Shown: positions 40,901 to 49,511 of the stretch, one piece after another | Numbering within the stretch: the stretch's first letter is position 1 | Layout of the letters: each line of letters begins with the position of its first letter | Assembly: GCA_049115495.1 (NCBI GenBank) | Contig: JAGDZV010000015.1 | Coordinates: 69,812 to 133,811, forward strand | DNA length: 64,000 nt | Source of the DNA: Bacteroidia bacterium | GTDB lineage: Bacteria > Bacteroidota > Bacteroidia > CAILMK01 > JACPUW01 | Reading direction: 5' to 3' | The notes under the pieces: generated by a model | Told to the model about the DNA's origin: nothing | The model's database searches: none | The model's input: the letters and a program-made list of their open reading frames with translations, nothing else | Program-made: the position numbers and the translations under genes

Positions 40901-43604
40901 TTTTGGTAGTATCGGTTTCATCAAGTGGGTTTTTAACTTCAACAAGATTTGTGTCCAATGAAATGTAGGTTAACTTTTTATTTCCATTGTCATACGCTTT
41001 TACAAAACCATTGCCCTTGTATTGCAAAGCATACCTAGGTTTAAACTCTTTCGGTTTATATGTTTCATTACAAGGTAAAATCTCTAAACTAGTAACTACC
41101 ATAAGCTCGGTTCTATTTTCCCAAGTTAATCGAATATTTGTAACTGACTCCCTGTTTTGTAATTTCCCTGGGTCGTTGGGGTAGTCATTTTTCACAGAAC
41201 CAATAGGTGCTTGGAAATAATGAAACTTATGTTCATCTGGCTCTCCAAAGGCTTCTTTTATTGAAATCTGCAACTTATTTTCATAACCAAAATTATCTAA
41301 GTAACCTTTGCATGGCTGAAAAATATAGTCTAAATACCCACCAGTGTTTGTAAAATCGAATGTACCATTTGGTATGTTACCGTAACCTGAGTATGACCAT
41401 GTAAAGGTATGATTGGCAGGGTCTTCTAATGGTACACCATTAACTAGAATTGGGTTAATGAAATCAACTACGGTTATTTCATCTTCGTTATTATCAAACC
41501 CTCTAATTTCTCTTATAACTTCTATTTTGCCATCGGCGAAAGTCCCACTAACACGTAAAACCTTTTCTCCATCAATTTCGGTTTCTGTAATTATGCTATT
41601 CCCTAAATCCGGCGTTTCTTCACCATCCATAATTATGGTGTTATGTTTTAATGCATCTCCTAACTCATATTTTTTCGATTGAGTAAATCCGAAATATGGA
41701 TTATCAAGCAAATGGTTTTCATCCCCCTTTGTAAGTGAAATAGCAAAATGATCGTTGTGCTCATGAGCGCCTTCATCTTGACCTAAATAGAACTGACCTT
41801 GCTCTTTGTCTTCAATATTGATATGCAAATAGGTCATATTTTCAAAATTATTATAGTCAACAACTCCTGGATTAACAGGGTTGTTCCTTATAATAACATC
41901 GCCACTTGGCATTGCTGTTATTGAAGAGACTATTGGCTCTGTTGGCTTTAGATCATTATAAAAACCTTCTGCAAAGGCTGCATAAATATCGGCTCTTAAG
42001 TCAACCGATTTATCTTCTAAGTAATCTAAACCAAATTCAACCAAAACACTACTAGGGTCATTATACTTTAAATTATGAGAATAACCTTTGGCTAAATAGT
42101 TTCTCATTAAGCCTGGTTCGCGTAAAATGGCTTTATCAAAAAAAGGCTTTTCATCCCATGAATCATCTACTGTTGGTAATGTACCGTTTGGCCGCTCTAG
42201 TTCAGTTGCCCATCTGTACATGTTTAATATATTCTCATCGTCCATGTAGTTAACTTCTAGAAGTCTTGGATTGTAAACTTTTGTAGCTAATTGGCTAGCT
42301 GCAATACTTGTAAGAACTAAACCCGAAGTGTCTTGAATAAAAAAGTATTGACTTGCAGACGTTCCTAATAAAACAAGAGTAAACGGTCCATTTCTCTGTA
42401 TATTTCGATTTACATATTCTTTATTCACTTCGGTCTCAGGGTGGAAATTTTTAAAAGCCAGCATAAATGGTAACATATTCTCACTACCCCATTTTAAATA
42501 ATAAGGACCTTCTTGATAACCGTACAATCCACCTTTTTGTGTTTGCCCCAAAATAATGTTCCCAATATTTTCTGTATAAAGCACCCTATCAATAACTTGA
42601 TGTGCAGTGCTGGCCCAAAGCTCTGGATGCCAACTGTCTTTTGAATTTTTGTGTGAGTAATCATTTAAAATAATTCCTGCCAAACCCAATGCCACTGCAC
42701 TCATTGTAGCATGATTATCAACTCTATACAGGGGAGTATTCCAAGGAAACGCAGCCTTAGAGTATAAATTCTCGGCATAACATTGTACATAAAGTCCACA
42801 CCAATTTAATTGCTCATGCAAATCTTCATAAGTTGTCATGCTTACTGTTTTGGCGTATGTAGATGTACTAGCGGGTTGTGGCAATGATGATGCAGCATTA
42901 AATACCATCATACCATCGCTTACTGCTCTTAAATAATCATAAGCTTGAGCATACATTATCAAATTCTTTGAGTACCGCTGGCAATATGTTGACATAGAAC
43001 CTGTGAAGTTTGCCCATCCGATTGTATTTAACATACCATTTACATCATTTTCAGTTATCTGGTTTAGGCAATAAATAGCTGTATTTCTAAACCTAGCCGA
43101 TATGGTATCAGGCAATTGAGTGCCATCTGGCTTCATATCGCACAAATACACAAATGCTGCCGCCTTTGCTATATATGCTATATTATGGGGGTATTTTGAT
43201 TTTTTCCCTACTTTATCATCTGCATTGATGTTGCGTTTGTCTGCAAGCTCATAAAGTGTTTCATAAATTTCAACAGCTCTTCTTGTCGGTGTATTTGGTT
43301 GTGCAGATGCATTATTCTTTTGAAATTTCTTAACCATTTTTCTAATATTTTCCAATCGTTCTTCAGCATCATTTGTGCCTTCAATGTATGAACCTGGATG
43401 AGTTTTCGAGAATGTGCTATAAGGATGGCCTCCCAATTGTTTATCATCATGGTATTGTCCACGACTCCAACTTTCCCTGGGATCTTCGAAAAGCCGCTTA
43501 TGGTTTTTGATACAATCACATTTTTGTGTATGCGCTTTTAAAGGCCATAGAAAGCCTACTGCCAAGGCAATACATACCTTGACCATTACATAAATTTTGG
43601 TCAT
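37926..43604 (-). CDS. Very large T9SS-secreted protein (1892 aa): heparinase II/III-like (polysaccharide-lyase-like) N-terminal region, PKD-like domains, C-terminal Por-secretion sorting domain
   Basis: Signal peptide. AHEHNDHFAISL-type motif reminiscent of the heparinase II/III C-terminal domain. PKD-like segment (ISWDFDDGTGSY…). C-terminal type-A sorting domain (VWPNPFTEITVLEYSL…KLVLVK). Confidence 0.65.
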   Translation of the reverse strand: MTKIYVMVKVCIALAVGFLWPLKAHTQKCDCIKNHKRLFEDPRESWSRGQYHDDKQLGGHPYSTFSKTHPGSYIEGTNDAEERLENIRKMVKKFQKNNASAQPNTPTRRAVEIYETLYELADKRNINADDKVGKKSKYPHNIAYIAKAAAFVYLCDMKPDGTQLPDTISARFRNTAIYCLNQITENDVNGMLNTIGWANFTGSMSTYCQRYSKNLIMYAQAYDYLRAVSDGMMVFNAASSLPQPASTSTYAKTVSMTTYEDLHEQLNWCGLYVQCYAENLYSKAAFPWNTPLYRVDNHATMSAVALGLAGIILNDYSHKNSKDSWHPELWASTAHQVIDRVLYTENIGNIILGQTQKGGLYGYQEGPYYLKWGSENMLPFMLAFKNFHPETEVNKEYVNRNIQRNGPFTLVLLGTSASQYFFIQDTSGLVLTSIAASQLATKVYNPRLLEVNYMDDENILNMYRWATELERPNGTLPTVDDSWDEKPFFDKAILREPGLMRNYLAKGYSHNLKYNDPSSVLVEFGLDYLEDKSVDLRADIYAAFAEGFYNDLKPTEPIVSSITAMPSGDVIIRNNPVNPGVVDYNNFENMTYLHINIEDKEQGQFYLGQDEGAHEHNDHFAISLTKGDENHLLDNPYFGFTQSKKYELGDALKHNTIIMDGEETPDLGNSIITETEIDGEKVLRVSGTFADGKIEVIREIRGFDNNEDEITVVDFINPILVNGVPLEDPANHTFTWSYSGYGNIPNGTFDFTNTGGYLDYIFQPCKGYLDNFGYENKLQISIKEAFGEPDEHKFHYFQAPIGSVKNDYPNDPGKLQNRESVTNIRLTWENRTELMVVTSLEILPCNETYKPKEFKPRYALQYKGNGFVKAYDNGNKKLTYISLDTNLVEVKNPLDETDTTKTAKFRGNGLTLTKDTARGNGTICEMGGWFVSASARNANFLQYDTDTVFTSNKRFEYLQFDYTKKFEYEGLIKTDKPNTKVWFYLTDVPWASQSLMRESNGFIYEYDTLIKAIKLTFDEAGIHRFRFAPVDECITSCFFPPIEIINHFEFKTGTKEVLGHNLAIKQAYGYLDIDNGSKMKICEDNYLINRDSLTIFANSYWRNFEGPGFKADYRTTEDAYYREPYEIRSAAWDERRKTVRSMIIVEKNAALVLADSSYTQIGNGGTILVKPGGTLKILDGAHVVVGGPNIGFGEIIMMDSSYLCIEPAANLEFYNDTLLDTTDRHIFYISKNPLNPAIEGVAPNAPVSTSNSCISFCSIKNVFPTHGLTNEGRGWINVGKPEAKGKLKRYYCNGQEPLFIGSNTLNETKFQFIICEADSLTGNCTSSEVVSPVYTPDNYYGGRIDTVNLDSIYSFTSGSTAGKTYKVRLKVKNDCNDSSEISQFIHIRGTFTSEITGDTVLCSSDNYFVHGRTSTGDFNKITWQVFEYRKSPFEKDSAIFFDTFLVRIDTFWTDTNLTDTFFNLVVDTVVYDTIPFNKEYLSYGDSIDNYYRQRNTFDTVIFSGVADTLWLQNFPFESGKKYSVVLGLSNGCSEQFDTLIIRTKDGPEVSAGPDKYIAYGTPSSPDPELEGSVGGTATSYVWSPTSGLNSTSVLDPTATPSSTTTYVLSATDADGCTNYDSVLVFVNTVANAGRDTTICYSDSIQVGVALGGSYTYEWSPANLVSNATIAQPYAYPKAFGTTYLKLQVFSSGNLVGIDDVVIYKDTLDSITFDINPAAMFFDASFGVYHTPVSANDISWDFDDGTGSYTSMGTNFTYSFPNTPSTIYDVCASFTNACGTQASCKDCEFDMMGNVIPKPPTPISVAEPNIENKISVWPNPFTEITVLEYSLTENNNAFIEIVDLNGKVIKTIRINDNSGKVELNLSQQAEGVYQYRFINGNEEIGNGKLVLVK

Positions 43605-43633
43605 ATTTTAATTGTTTAAATGGTTGCTGTTTG

Positions 43634-44368
43634 TTATCCCCTAATTATTTGTTTCAATATTATTGCATAGCCATCATCATTGAGCTCCCAAGAAATAAGC
43701 CCATTTTCAGTATCATAGTACAAAAGGTTGTCGCTTTCATAAAACGTGAATTTTGTAACATAGTTATTCATTCCATTTAAAGAAGGATATTTTTTCATGA
43801 AGTAAACCCCCCCACTTGAATCTACACTTCTTTCATTTGAAATGATAGATGCACGTATGAAAATATCAAAGTTGTACTTATCCTCTCTTTTTCTTGGTAA
43901 CTCCTGAAAACGTAAAACCAATTGCTCTTTGGTAGCTGCCATACCACATACAAATTGCCATCTTCTTTCTTCGCAGTAATATTCGCGGTATAGTATTTCT
44001 GTGCTTGTTTCATAACCTATACATTCATCGCCATTGGGGGCTTCATAGTAAGAATATGTTGTTAGCAAAGTGTCATAGTGCTCGCTTGGTTCAAAAACCA
44101 ACTCGGTGCTATCGCCATTGTCAATCTCCAAAAACACCAAGGTTTCAGTGCCTGTATAAGCCATTTTGGCTTTGCTCTCTTCGCTTATGCGGTCTTTACT
44201 TTTATCAATTGGAGCACAGCCTTCTTGGCAGGCTTGTAGGTAGGCAAGGCTTGTAAGGGTTAGGAGTATGGTTAGCTGTTTTAGTTTTTTCATTTGGTAC
44301 TTAACCTTAAAAATCAACACTTCTAACATAGCATTTTTAGTCTTTAGTTCCAAACCGCAAATCAGCAC
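43634..44368 (-). CDS. Hypothetical lipoprotein
   Basis: Signal peptide plus Cys (LAYLQACQEGC). Confidence 0.4.
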   Translation of the reverse strand: MLICGLELKTKNAMLEVLIFKVKYQMKKLKQLTILLTLTSLAYLQACQEGCAPIDKSKDRISEESKAKMAYTGTETLVFLEIDNGDSTELVFEPSEHYDTLLTTYSYYEAPNGDECIGYETSTEILYREYYCEERRWQFVCGMAATKEQLVLRFQELPRKREDKYNFDIFIRASIISNERSVDSSGGVYFMKKYPSLNGMNNYVTKFTFYESDNLLYYDTENGLISWELNDDGYAIILKQIIRG

Positions 44369-44402
44369 CCAACTATTTAAATTTGAGCAAATTCGCCATT
44401 TA

Positions 44403-44412
44403 CCCCCCCCCC
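44403..44412. repeat. Homopolymeric C10 tract in the divergent intergenic region
   Basis: Ten consecutive C (acccccccccca) in an otherwise AT-rich region between the divergent genes starting at 44368 (-) and 44693 (+). Confidence 0.8.
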
Positions 44413-44514
44413 ATTTTGCTCTAATAGCCGATTTTAACTACATATTATTTTTTCAAAAAATTTTCAACTCTTAAAAACTAGTGAGTTTTATTATAAAAAT
44501 AATCCAAAAGTTTC

Positions 44515-44540
44515 ATCACCCAAAAGGGTGATTTTTTATT
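44515..44540 (+). terminator. Terminator-like hairpin plus T-run in the leader upstream of the BNR-repeat gene
   Basis: atcaccc-aaaa-gggtgat followed by tttttt (44533-44538); no annotated plus-strand gene upstream. Confidence 0.35.
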
Positions 44541-44692
44541 GAGATTTTTTTTGTAAAGCAGTGAAAACTTTCAGGATTTTTCGCCATCAACAAAAGAACT
44601 CGGATGAGTCTATAGAATAACCTAGCGAGCAAAGTCGTTTGGTTTTTTTATAAGCCGATTTTCGGCATACAAACCTTTCTGCTAAAACTAGG

Positions 44693-47600
44693 TTGTTTCT
44701 TTGTAATATGAGAATAGCCCGTTTATTCATTCCCACTTTGCTCTTGTTTTTACTCTCTACAAGTGTAAGCGCTCAAAACCAAGCCAAATGGCACGAGCTT
44801 ATTAACCAACCCAACGTAAACTACAACCAAGTAAAAGCGGCTTTTGAGCGAGAAGTTGCAGGTTTAGGCAAAGAAGAAGCTGAAGCCCATTACAAGCATT
44901 TTAATAGATGGTGCATGCGTGCATTACCTTTCGCTCAGGCAAATGGCGACATTATGAACGCCACCGAAAGAATGAATGCTTTTGAGCAAAATTTGGCTAA
45001 TAAAAGGTCGGGCGGTGGCAACTGGAAAGAGATTGGGCCTTTTACAGCAAAAGACATTTACCGTGGAGTTGGCCGAGTAAACAGCATTGCTTTTCATCCA
45101 ACCGATTCTAACATTATGTGGGCTGGAGCACCTTATGGTGGCGTTTGGAAAACTGAAGATTACGGAAATACTTGGAGATGCTTAACTGACCACTTGCCAT
45201 CTTTTGGGGTTACGGGTTTGGCTGTGGACCCAACAAATCCTGATATTATTTATGCTGGTACCGGTGACGGTGAAACAGGTAGAAACCCCGGTTTTGGTGT
45301 TTGGAAAAGTACTGATGGCGGGCAAACTTGGGAACAGAAAAACAATAATATGGGCAATGTAATTGTGAATGATATAGTGGTTTATGAAGACAACCCAAAT
45401 GAAATAATCGCTGCTACTGCAACGGGTATATTTTGGTCAACCAATGGTGGTGATTCATGGGGTAATGTGCAACAAGTTTCGAGCACACAAATAAATGGCG
45501 CCACTGGAGTAAGGGAAATTAGATTTAAGCCTGATAATCATGATATTGTATATGCGGTAAGTACCAAGCGGTTTTTTAAGAGCGAAAACCGTGGTAGAAC
45601 TTGGACTACTTCGGTTCCTACCCCATTGGCGGGTCAAAAGCTTTCTGTTGCTGTAAGTGCTGCCGAACCCAATTCGGTTTGGCTTATTGACGAAGCTCGG
45701 ATTTACAAAAGCACAGATGCCGGTGAAAATATTGAAGTAATATATACTGAAGAAGGTGATAGAAATCTCGGTTCTCAAAGCTGGTATAATACAGCTGGCG
45801 ACATTTCGCCCATTGACCCTACAATTATTTACCAAGGCCATGTACCTACCTATGTTGCAAGAGACAGTATAACCAACTGGACAAGATTACGTGGTATTCA
45901 CTCTGATGTGCATTTTATTCGTCATAGCCCTGTAACTGGCAGGCTTTGGGTGGCAGGCGATGGTGGAATAGTGAGCTTAAATGATGATAAATCTTCATTT
46001 ACAGACCACACCAATATGGGGGTAGCCGAGATATACGAAATGAGCCAGCACCCTGAGCTAAATGACCACATGCTAAATGGATACCAAGATTGTGGAACCA
46101 AATACTACGTAGGTAATGGTTGGAAAGACCGTGTTGGTGCCGATGGCATGGACTGTGTTTTTGACCCCGACAGTGCTGATATTTATTTTACCACTATTCA
46201 ATACGGAGATATAAGACGGCATATTGGTGGCCCAGAAGGTAGAGTAAGTAACTTTCCTGATCCGCAAGGAAATTCTGAAACCACTAGAGGCCCGTGGGTA
46301 TCGCCAATTTGGCTCGATAGAAAAGACCCAAATATTCTTTACACCGCACAGCATTCTATTTACCGCTATAAAAACTGCAGAGAAGACAAACCCAAAAAAG
46401 AGAATTGGGAACAAATAGATAACGGTCTTTCTGCGCTCAACAGAAGCTTTGAGTATAGTGAGTTGGAACAAAACAAGGCGGCTCCAAGCATATTTTACAC
46501 GCTTAGAAACCCTAGGAATTTAAACTCAAATACAAGAACCACAATTTTTAGAACATGGAATATTCATGCAGAAATTCCGATTTGGCAAGATATAACAGAT
46601 AATCTACCGTCAAATTATCCGCTACAAGATATTGAGACTTCCGCAACTGATAGCATGCTGTTGTTTGTATGCTCGTTTAGCGGAGACGTTTTACAATCTA
46701 TAAACGGGGGCGAATCATTTGTTGAACTATCTGACGGATTACCTGAGTTACCCATATATAGTATTCAATATGACAATGTTACTGGCAACTTGTATGCGGG
46801 TACTGAAGTTGGTGTTTATGTTTTGCCAAAGGGTGAAAGCACTTGGCTAGACTACAGTGAGGGCATGAGTTTATCAGCTCCTGTTTATGAAATAGAAATT
46901 TTTTATAACCCTGAAAATCATGATAATAGCATGATAAAAGCGGCAACTTTTGGTAGAGGCATGTGGGAAAGTCCGCTGTATGGCACTCAGCCAGACCCTA
47001 CTTTACCTTTCTATGCCTTTATAAAAAGTGACATTTCTTTTTTAGAAGAGCCTGAATTTTTTATTGAAGTTAGTTTTAGAAGAGGTTGGAGCCATATAAA
47101 TGTAAAAGATTTTGATGCCAATAAAATTGAAATAACCAACGCTGAAGTGGTGGAATCAAAAGGCCAGCAAAACGCTTGGTTGGTAAAATGCAAAGCAATT
47201 AATGAAGGTGAAATTACTATAAAAGTACCATCAGGTATTGCCGAAAGCGAAAGTAATGCCGGCTTGTTTAACATGGAGTCAGAAGAAATTAGCTTTATTA
47301 ACGTACAAAGCGGTGTTTCTTTAGGATATGAAGGTCCTGCAGGTTTAGGCAGTTTAGATGATGTTGCTGTTTGGCTTAATGCCAATAGTTTACTCGAAAA
47401 TTATAATGTTGGCGACGAAGTAAGCCTTTGGTTTGACGAATTGGGAAATGGCGTTTCAACCGAATTAAAAGATACATTAATAGGGCCAGCCTTAAGTGTT
47501 GATACCACTTTATTTAATGGCAATGCAAGCATACAGTTTACAGAAAACTTGAAAACCGTTTTAATAATAGATAGTGTAGTAACTGGTAAAAATATTAGTG

Positions 47601-48766
47601 CATTTACAGTAGCGGCTTCAAACGACCTATTATATAACGAACATGCATGGCTTGGCAGTAGCAGAACACCAAATGGCTTTATTCTTCATAACTATGAGGA
47701 TAATAAAAACCTAAGAATGATGGCCTATGACTCTAACGAGCAAGTGTTTAGAAGCCCATACTCTTCGGTGGCTGATCCAAGACAGGTTCATCTTTATGGA
47801 ATGGCCTATAGAGAAAATGTGTACATATGGAACTATACCGATGAGCAAGAAGGGTTTGAACCCGTAGCCACACCCAAACCAAGATATAGTGAATTTGCCA
47901 TTGACATACAACTGGGCGCCGATAGAAACGATAGATTTGGTAGTGGCCGTATTGCAGAGCATATTGTATTTAACGAGGCCTTAATGAAAAGCCATAGAAC
48001 CATTTTATATAATTATTTATCTGAAAAATATGATAGCGACCTAGGAAAGCTTGATCACTTTAACCTGAGCCCACCTTTTAACAACCACATGGCTGGTATT
48101 GGCAAAGAAAGTAGTGTTGATTTTCATAATGACGCAAAAGGTCCTGGTTTTTTACGTGTAAACAACCCTACAGATTTAAATAATGGTGAATATCTTTTTT
48201 GGGCAAGTAACGGAAGATCCATTGACGAGTGGGTTCCTACAGATTTAGCCGTAAATAATGACATTGTGTTTGAAAAAAGTGAAATTGAATGGCAGTTTAC
48301 GCAAACAGGAAGTATAGGGAGTGTTTCGCTTCTATTTGATAAGAACGACCTAGACCCTATTAACTACAGATACTTTTTAGATGAAAACGGTGCGATTAAA
48401 CCACTCACTGAAAACAACGGCTGGTTTGCCACCCAGTCAAAAATTGATAGTGGCACAATTGTTTATTTACTTCGTTTGCCCGTTGAAACTGTATTTAGCA
48501 CCCCAAAAATTTATCCTACCATATTATACCAAACCCAAAAAACGCTAACTATTCAATACGAAGCTTTAGGACAAGCACAAATACAAATTGCTATATATAA
48601 TAGTAAAGGCCAAAGTATTTATGAAGAGGAAAGAAATTTAAATGAATATGATGCAATTGAACAAAATATAGACCTAGAACACCTAATGCTAGGAAAAGGC
48701 ACCTACATAATCCACATAAAAGATGAAGAAAACGAGTGGACTCAACGCTTTGTGGTTGTTGATTAA
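44693..48766 (+). CDS. T9SS-secreted BNR/Asp-box repeat (sialidase/sortilin-like beta-propeller) protein, 1357 aa
   Basis: Signal peptide. Multiple S-x-D-x-G-x-T-W Asp-box motifs (KTEDYGNTW, KSTDGGQTW, STNGGDSW, SENRGRTW, KSTDAGENI). C-terminal Por-secretion sorting domain (…GTYIIHIKDEENEWTQRFVVVD). Confidence 0.75.
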   Translation: MFLCNMRIARLFIPTLLLFLLSTSVSAQNQAKWHELINQPNVNYNQVKAAFEREVAGLGKEEAEAHYKHFNRWCMRALPFAQANGDIMNATERMNAFEQNLANKRSGGGNWKEIGPFTAKDIYRGVGRVNSIAFHPTDSNIMWAGAPYGGVWKTEDYGNTWRCLTDHLPSFGVTGLAVDPTNPDIIYAGTGDGETGRNPGFGVWKSTDGGQTWEQKNNNMGNVIVNDIVVYEDNPNEIIAATATGIFWSTNGGDSWGNVQQVSSTQINGATGVREIRFKPDNHDIVYAVSTKRFFKSENRGRTWTTSVPTPLAGQKLSVAVSAAEPNSVWLIDEARIYKSTDAGENIEVIYTEEGDRNLGSQSWYNTAGDISPIDPTIIYQGHVPTYVARDSITNWTRLRGIHSDVHFIRHSPVTGRLWVAGDGGIVSLNDDKSSFTDHTNMGVAEIYEMSQHPELNDHMLNGYQDCGTKYYVGNGWKDRVGADGMDCVFDPDSADIYFTTIQYGDIRRHIGGPEGRVSNFPDPQGNSETTRGPWVSPIWLDRKDPNILYTAQHSIYRYKNCREDKPKKENWEQIDNGLSALNRSFEYSELEQNKAAPSIFYTLRNPRNLNSNTRTTIFRTWNIHAEIPIWQDITDNLPSNYPLQDIETSATDSMLLFVCSFSGDVLQSINGGESFVELSDGLPELPIYSIQYDNVTGNLYAGTEVGVYVLPKGESTWLDYSEGMSLSAPVYEIEIFYNPENHDNSMIKAATFGRGMWESPLYGTQPDPTLPFYAFIKSDISFLEEPEFFIEVSFRRGWSHINVKDFDANKIEITNAEVVESKGQQNAWLVKCKAINEGEITIKVPSGIAESESNAGLFNMESEEISFINVQSGVSLGYEGPAGLGSLDDVAVWLNANSLLENYNVGDEVSLWFDELGNGVSTELKDTLIGPALSVDTTLFNGNASIQFTENLKTVLIIDSVVTGKNISAFTVAASNDLLYNEHAWLGSSRTPNGFILHNYEDNKNLRMMAYDSNEQVFRSPYSSVADPRQVHLYGMAYRENVYIWNYTDEQEGFEPVATPKPRYSEFAIDIQLGADRNDRFGSGRIAEHIVFNEALMKSHRTILYNYLSEKYDSDLGKLDHFNLSPPFNNHMAGIGKESSVDFHNDAKGPGFLRVNNPTDLNNGEYLFWASNGRSIDEWVPTDLAVNNDIVFEKSEIEWQFTQTGSIGSVSLLFDKNDLDPINYRYFLDENGAIKPLTENNGWFATQSKIDSGTIVYLLRLPVETVFSTPKIYPTILYQTQKTLTIQYEALGQAQIQIAIYNSKGQSIYEEERNLNEYDAIEQNIDLEHLMLGKGTYIIHIKDEENEWTQRFVVVD

Positions 48767-49506
48767 GACATTAAAGTTTTAAATGCCGCCAGCATTTCCT
48801 CTTTCTTATCTTTTGAGAAATAAACAATGTCGCCGTTAATCATTTCAATATGCCCACCTTCAGATTTATAATACTGTTTTATGTGATTTAGATTTACAAA
48901 GTAAGACCGGTGAATTCTCATAAAATGCGGATGATCAATTAATTTCTCAAACTCTTTTAGCGTTTTGCTTACAAGAATGGTTTTGTTTTCTATTAAATAA
49001 ATATTTGTGTAAGAAGACTCAGCCTTTAGGTACAATATCTCTTCTGGTTTTACAAACAACAACCCATCAGCTACTGGCAATGCAATTTTCGCAATCTTGT
49101 TGCCTTTAAGATTCTCTTTTAGTGTATCAATTTTTTCATTAATCTGAGCTGCCTTTTTGGCTCTAACTTTATTAACAGCTTTAACTAGCTGGTCTATTTG
49201 AATAGGTTTTAGAAGATAATCAATTGCCGATACTTCAAAGGCCTTTAAGGCATGTTCGCTATAAGCCGTTGTAAAAATGATATCGAAGTCGATTTCATCA
49301 AAAAAATCTAATAACTGAAAGCCTGAATAGCCAGGCATTTCTATATCAAGAAATACTACATCTGGGTATTCTTTATTTATTGCCTTAACACCAGAAGGAA
49401 CATCATCAGCCACACCAACAACATCTACATCTTCGCAGTTTTGGTCTATAAGTGCTTCTAATATTCGCCGCGCTTTGCCTTCGTCATCAATAATTATTGC
49501 TCTCAT
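48763..49506 (-). CDS. LytTR-family two-component response regulator
   Basis: N-terminal REC domain (IIDDE…FLDIEMPGYSG) and C-terminal LytTR DNA-binding domain (…IYLIENKTILVSKTLKEFEKLIDHPHFMRIHRSYFVNL). Confidence 0.85.
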   Translation of the reverse strand: MRAIIIDDEGKARRILEALIDQNCEDVDVVGVADDVPSGVKAINKEYPDVVFLDIEMPGYSGFQLLDFFDEIDFDIIFTTAYSEHALKAFEVSAIDYLLKPIQIDQLVKAVNKVRAKKAAQINEKIDTLKENLKGNKIAKIALPVADGLLFVKPEEILYLKAESSYTNIYLIENKTILVSKTLKEFEKLIDHPHFMRIHRSYFVNLNHIKQYYKSEGGHIEMINGDIVYFSKDKKEEMLAAFKTLMS

Positions 49507-49511
49507 TTTTT

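Noticed and set aside
38017-43519. Multiple short ORFs (64-103 aa) on either strand within the 1892-aa T9SS gene
   Set aside because: All lie inside a continuous 5.7-kb ORF with coherent domain content; the short ORFs have serine/leucine-rich junk translations.
44268-44474. 68-aa plus-strand ORF spanning the C10 tract
   Set aside because: Its translation of the poly-C gives PPPH; no signal for coding; the region is better explained as promoter or leader.
45455-47962. Antisense ORFs (83-132 aa) within the BNR-repeat gene
   Set aside because: Embedded antisense; no motifs.
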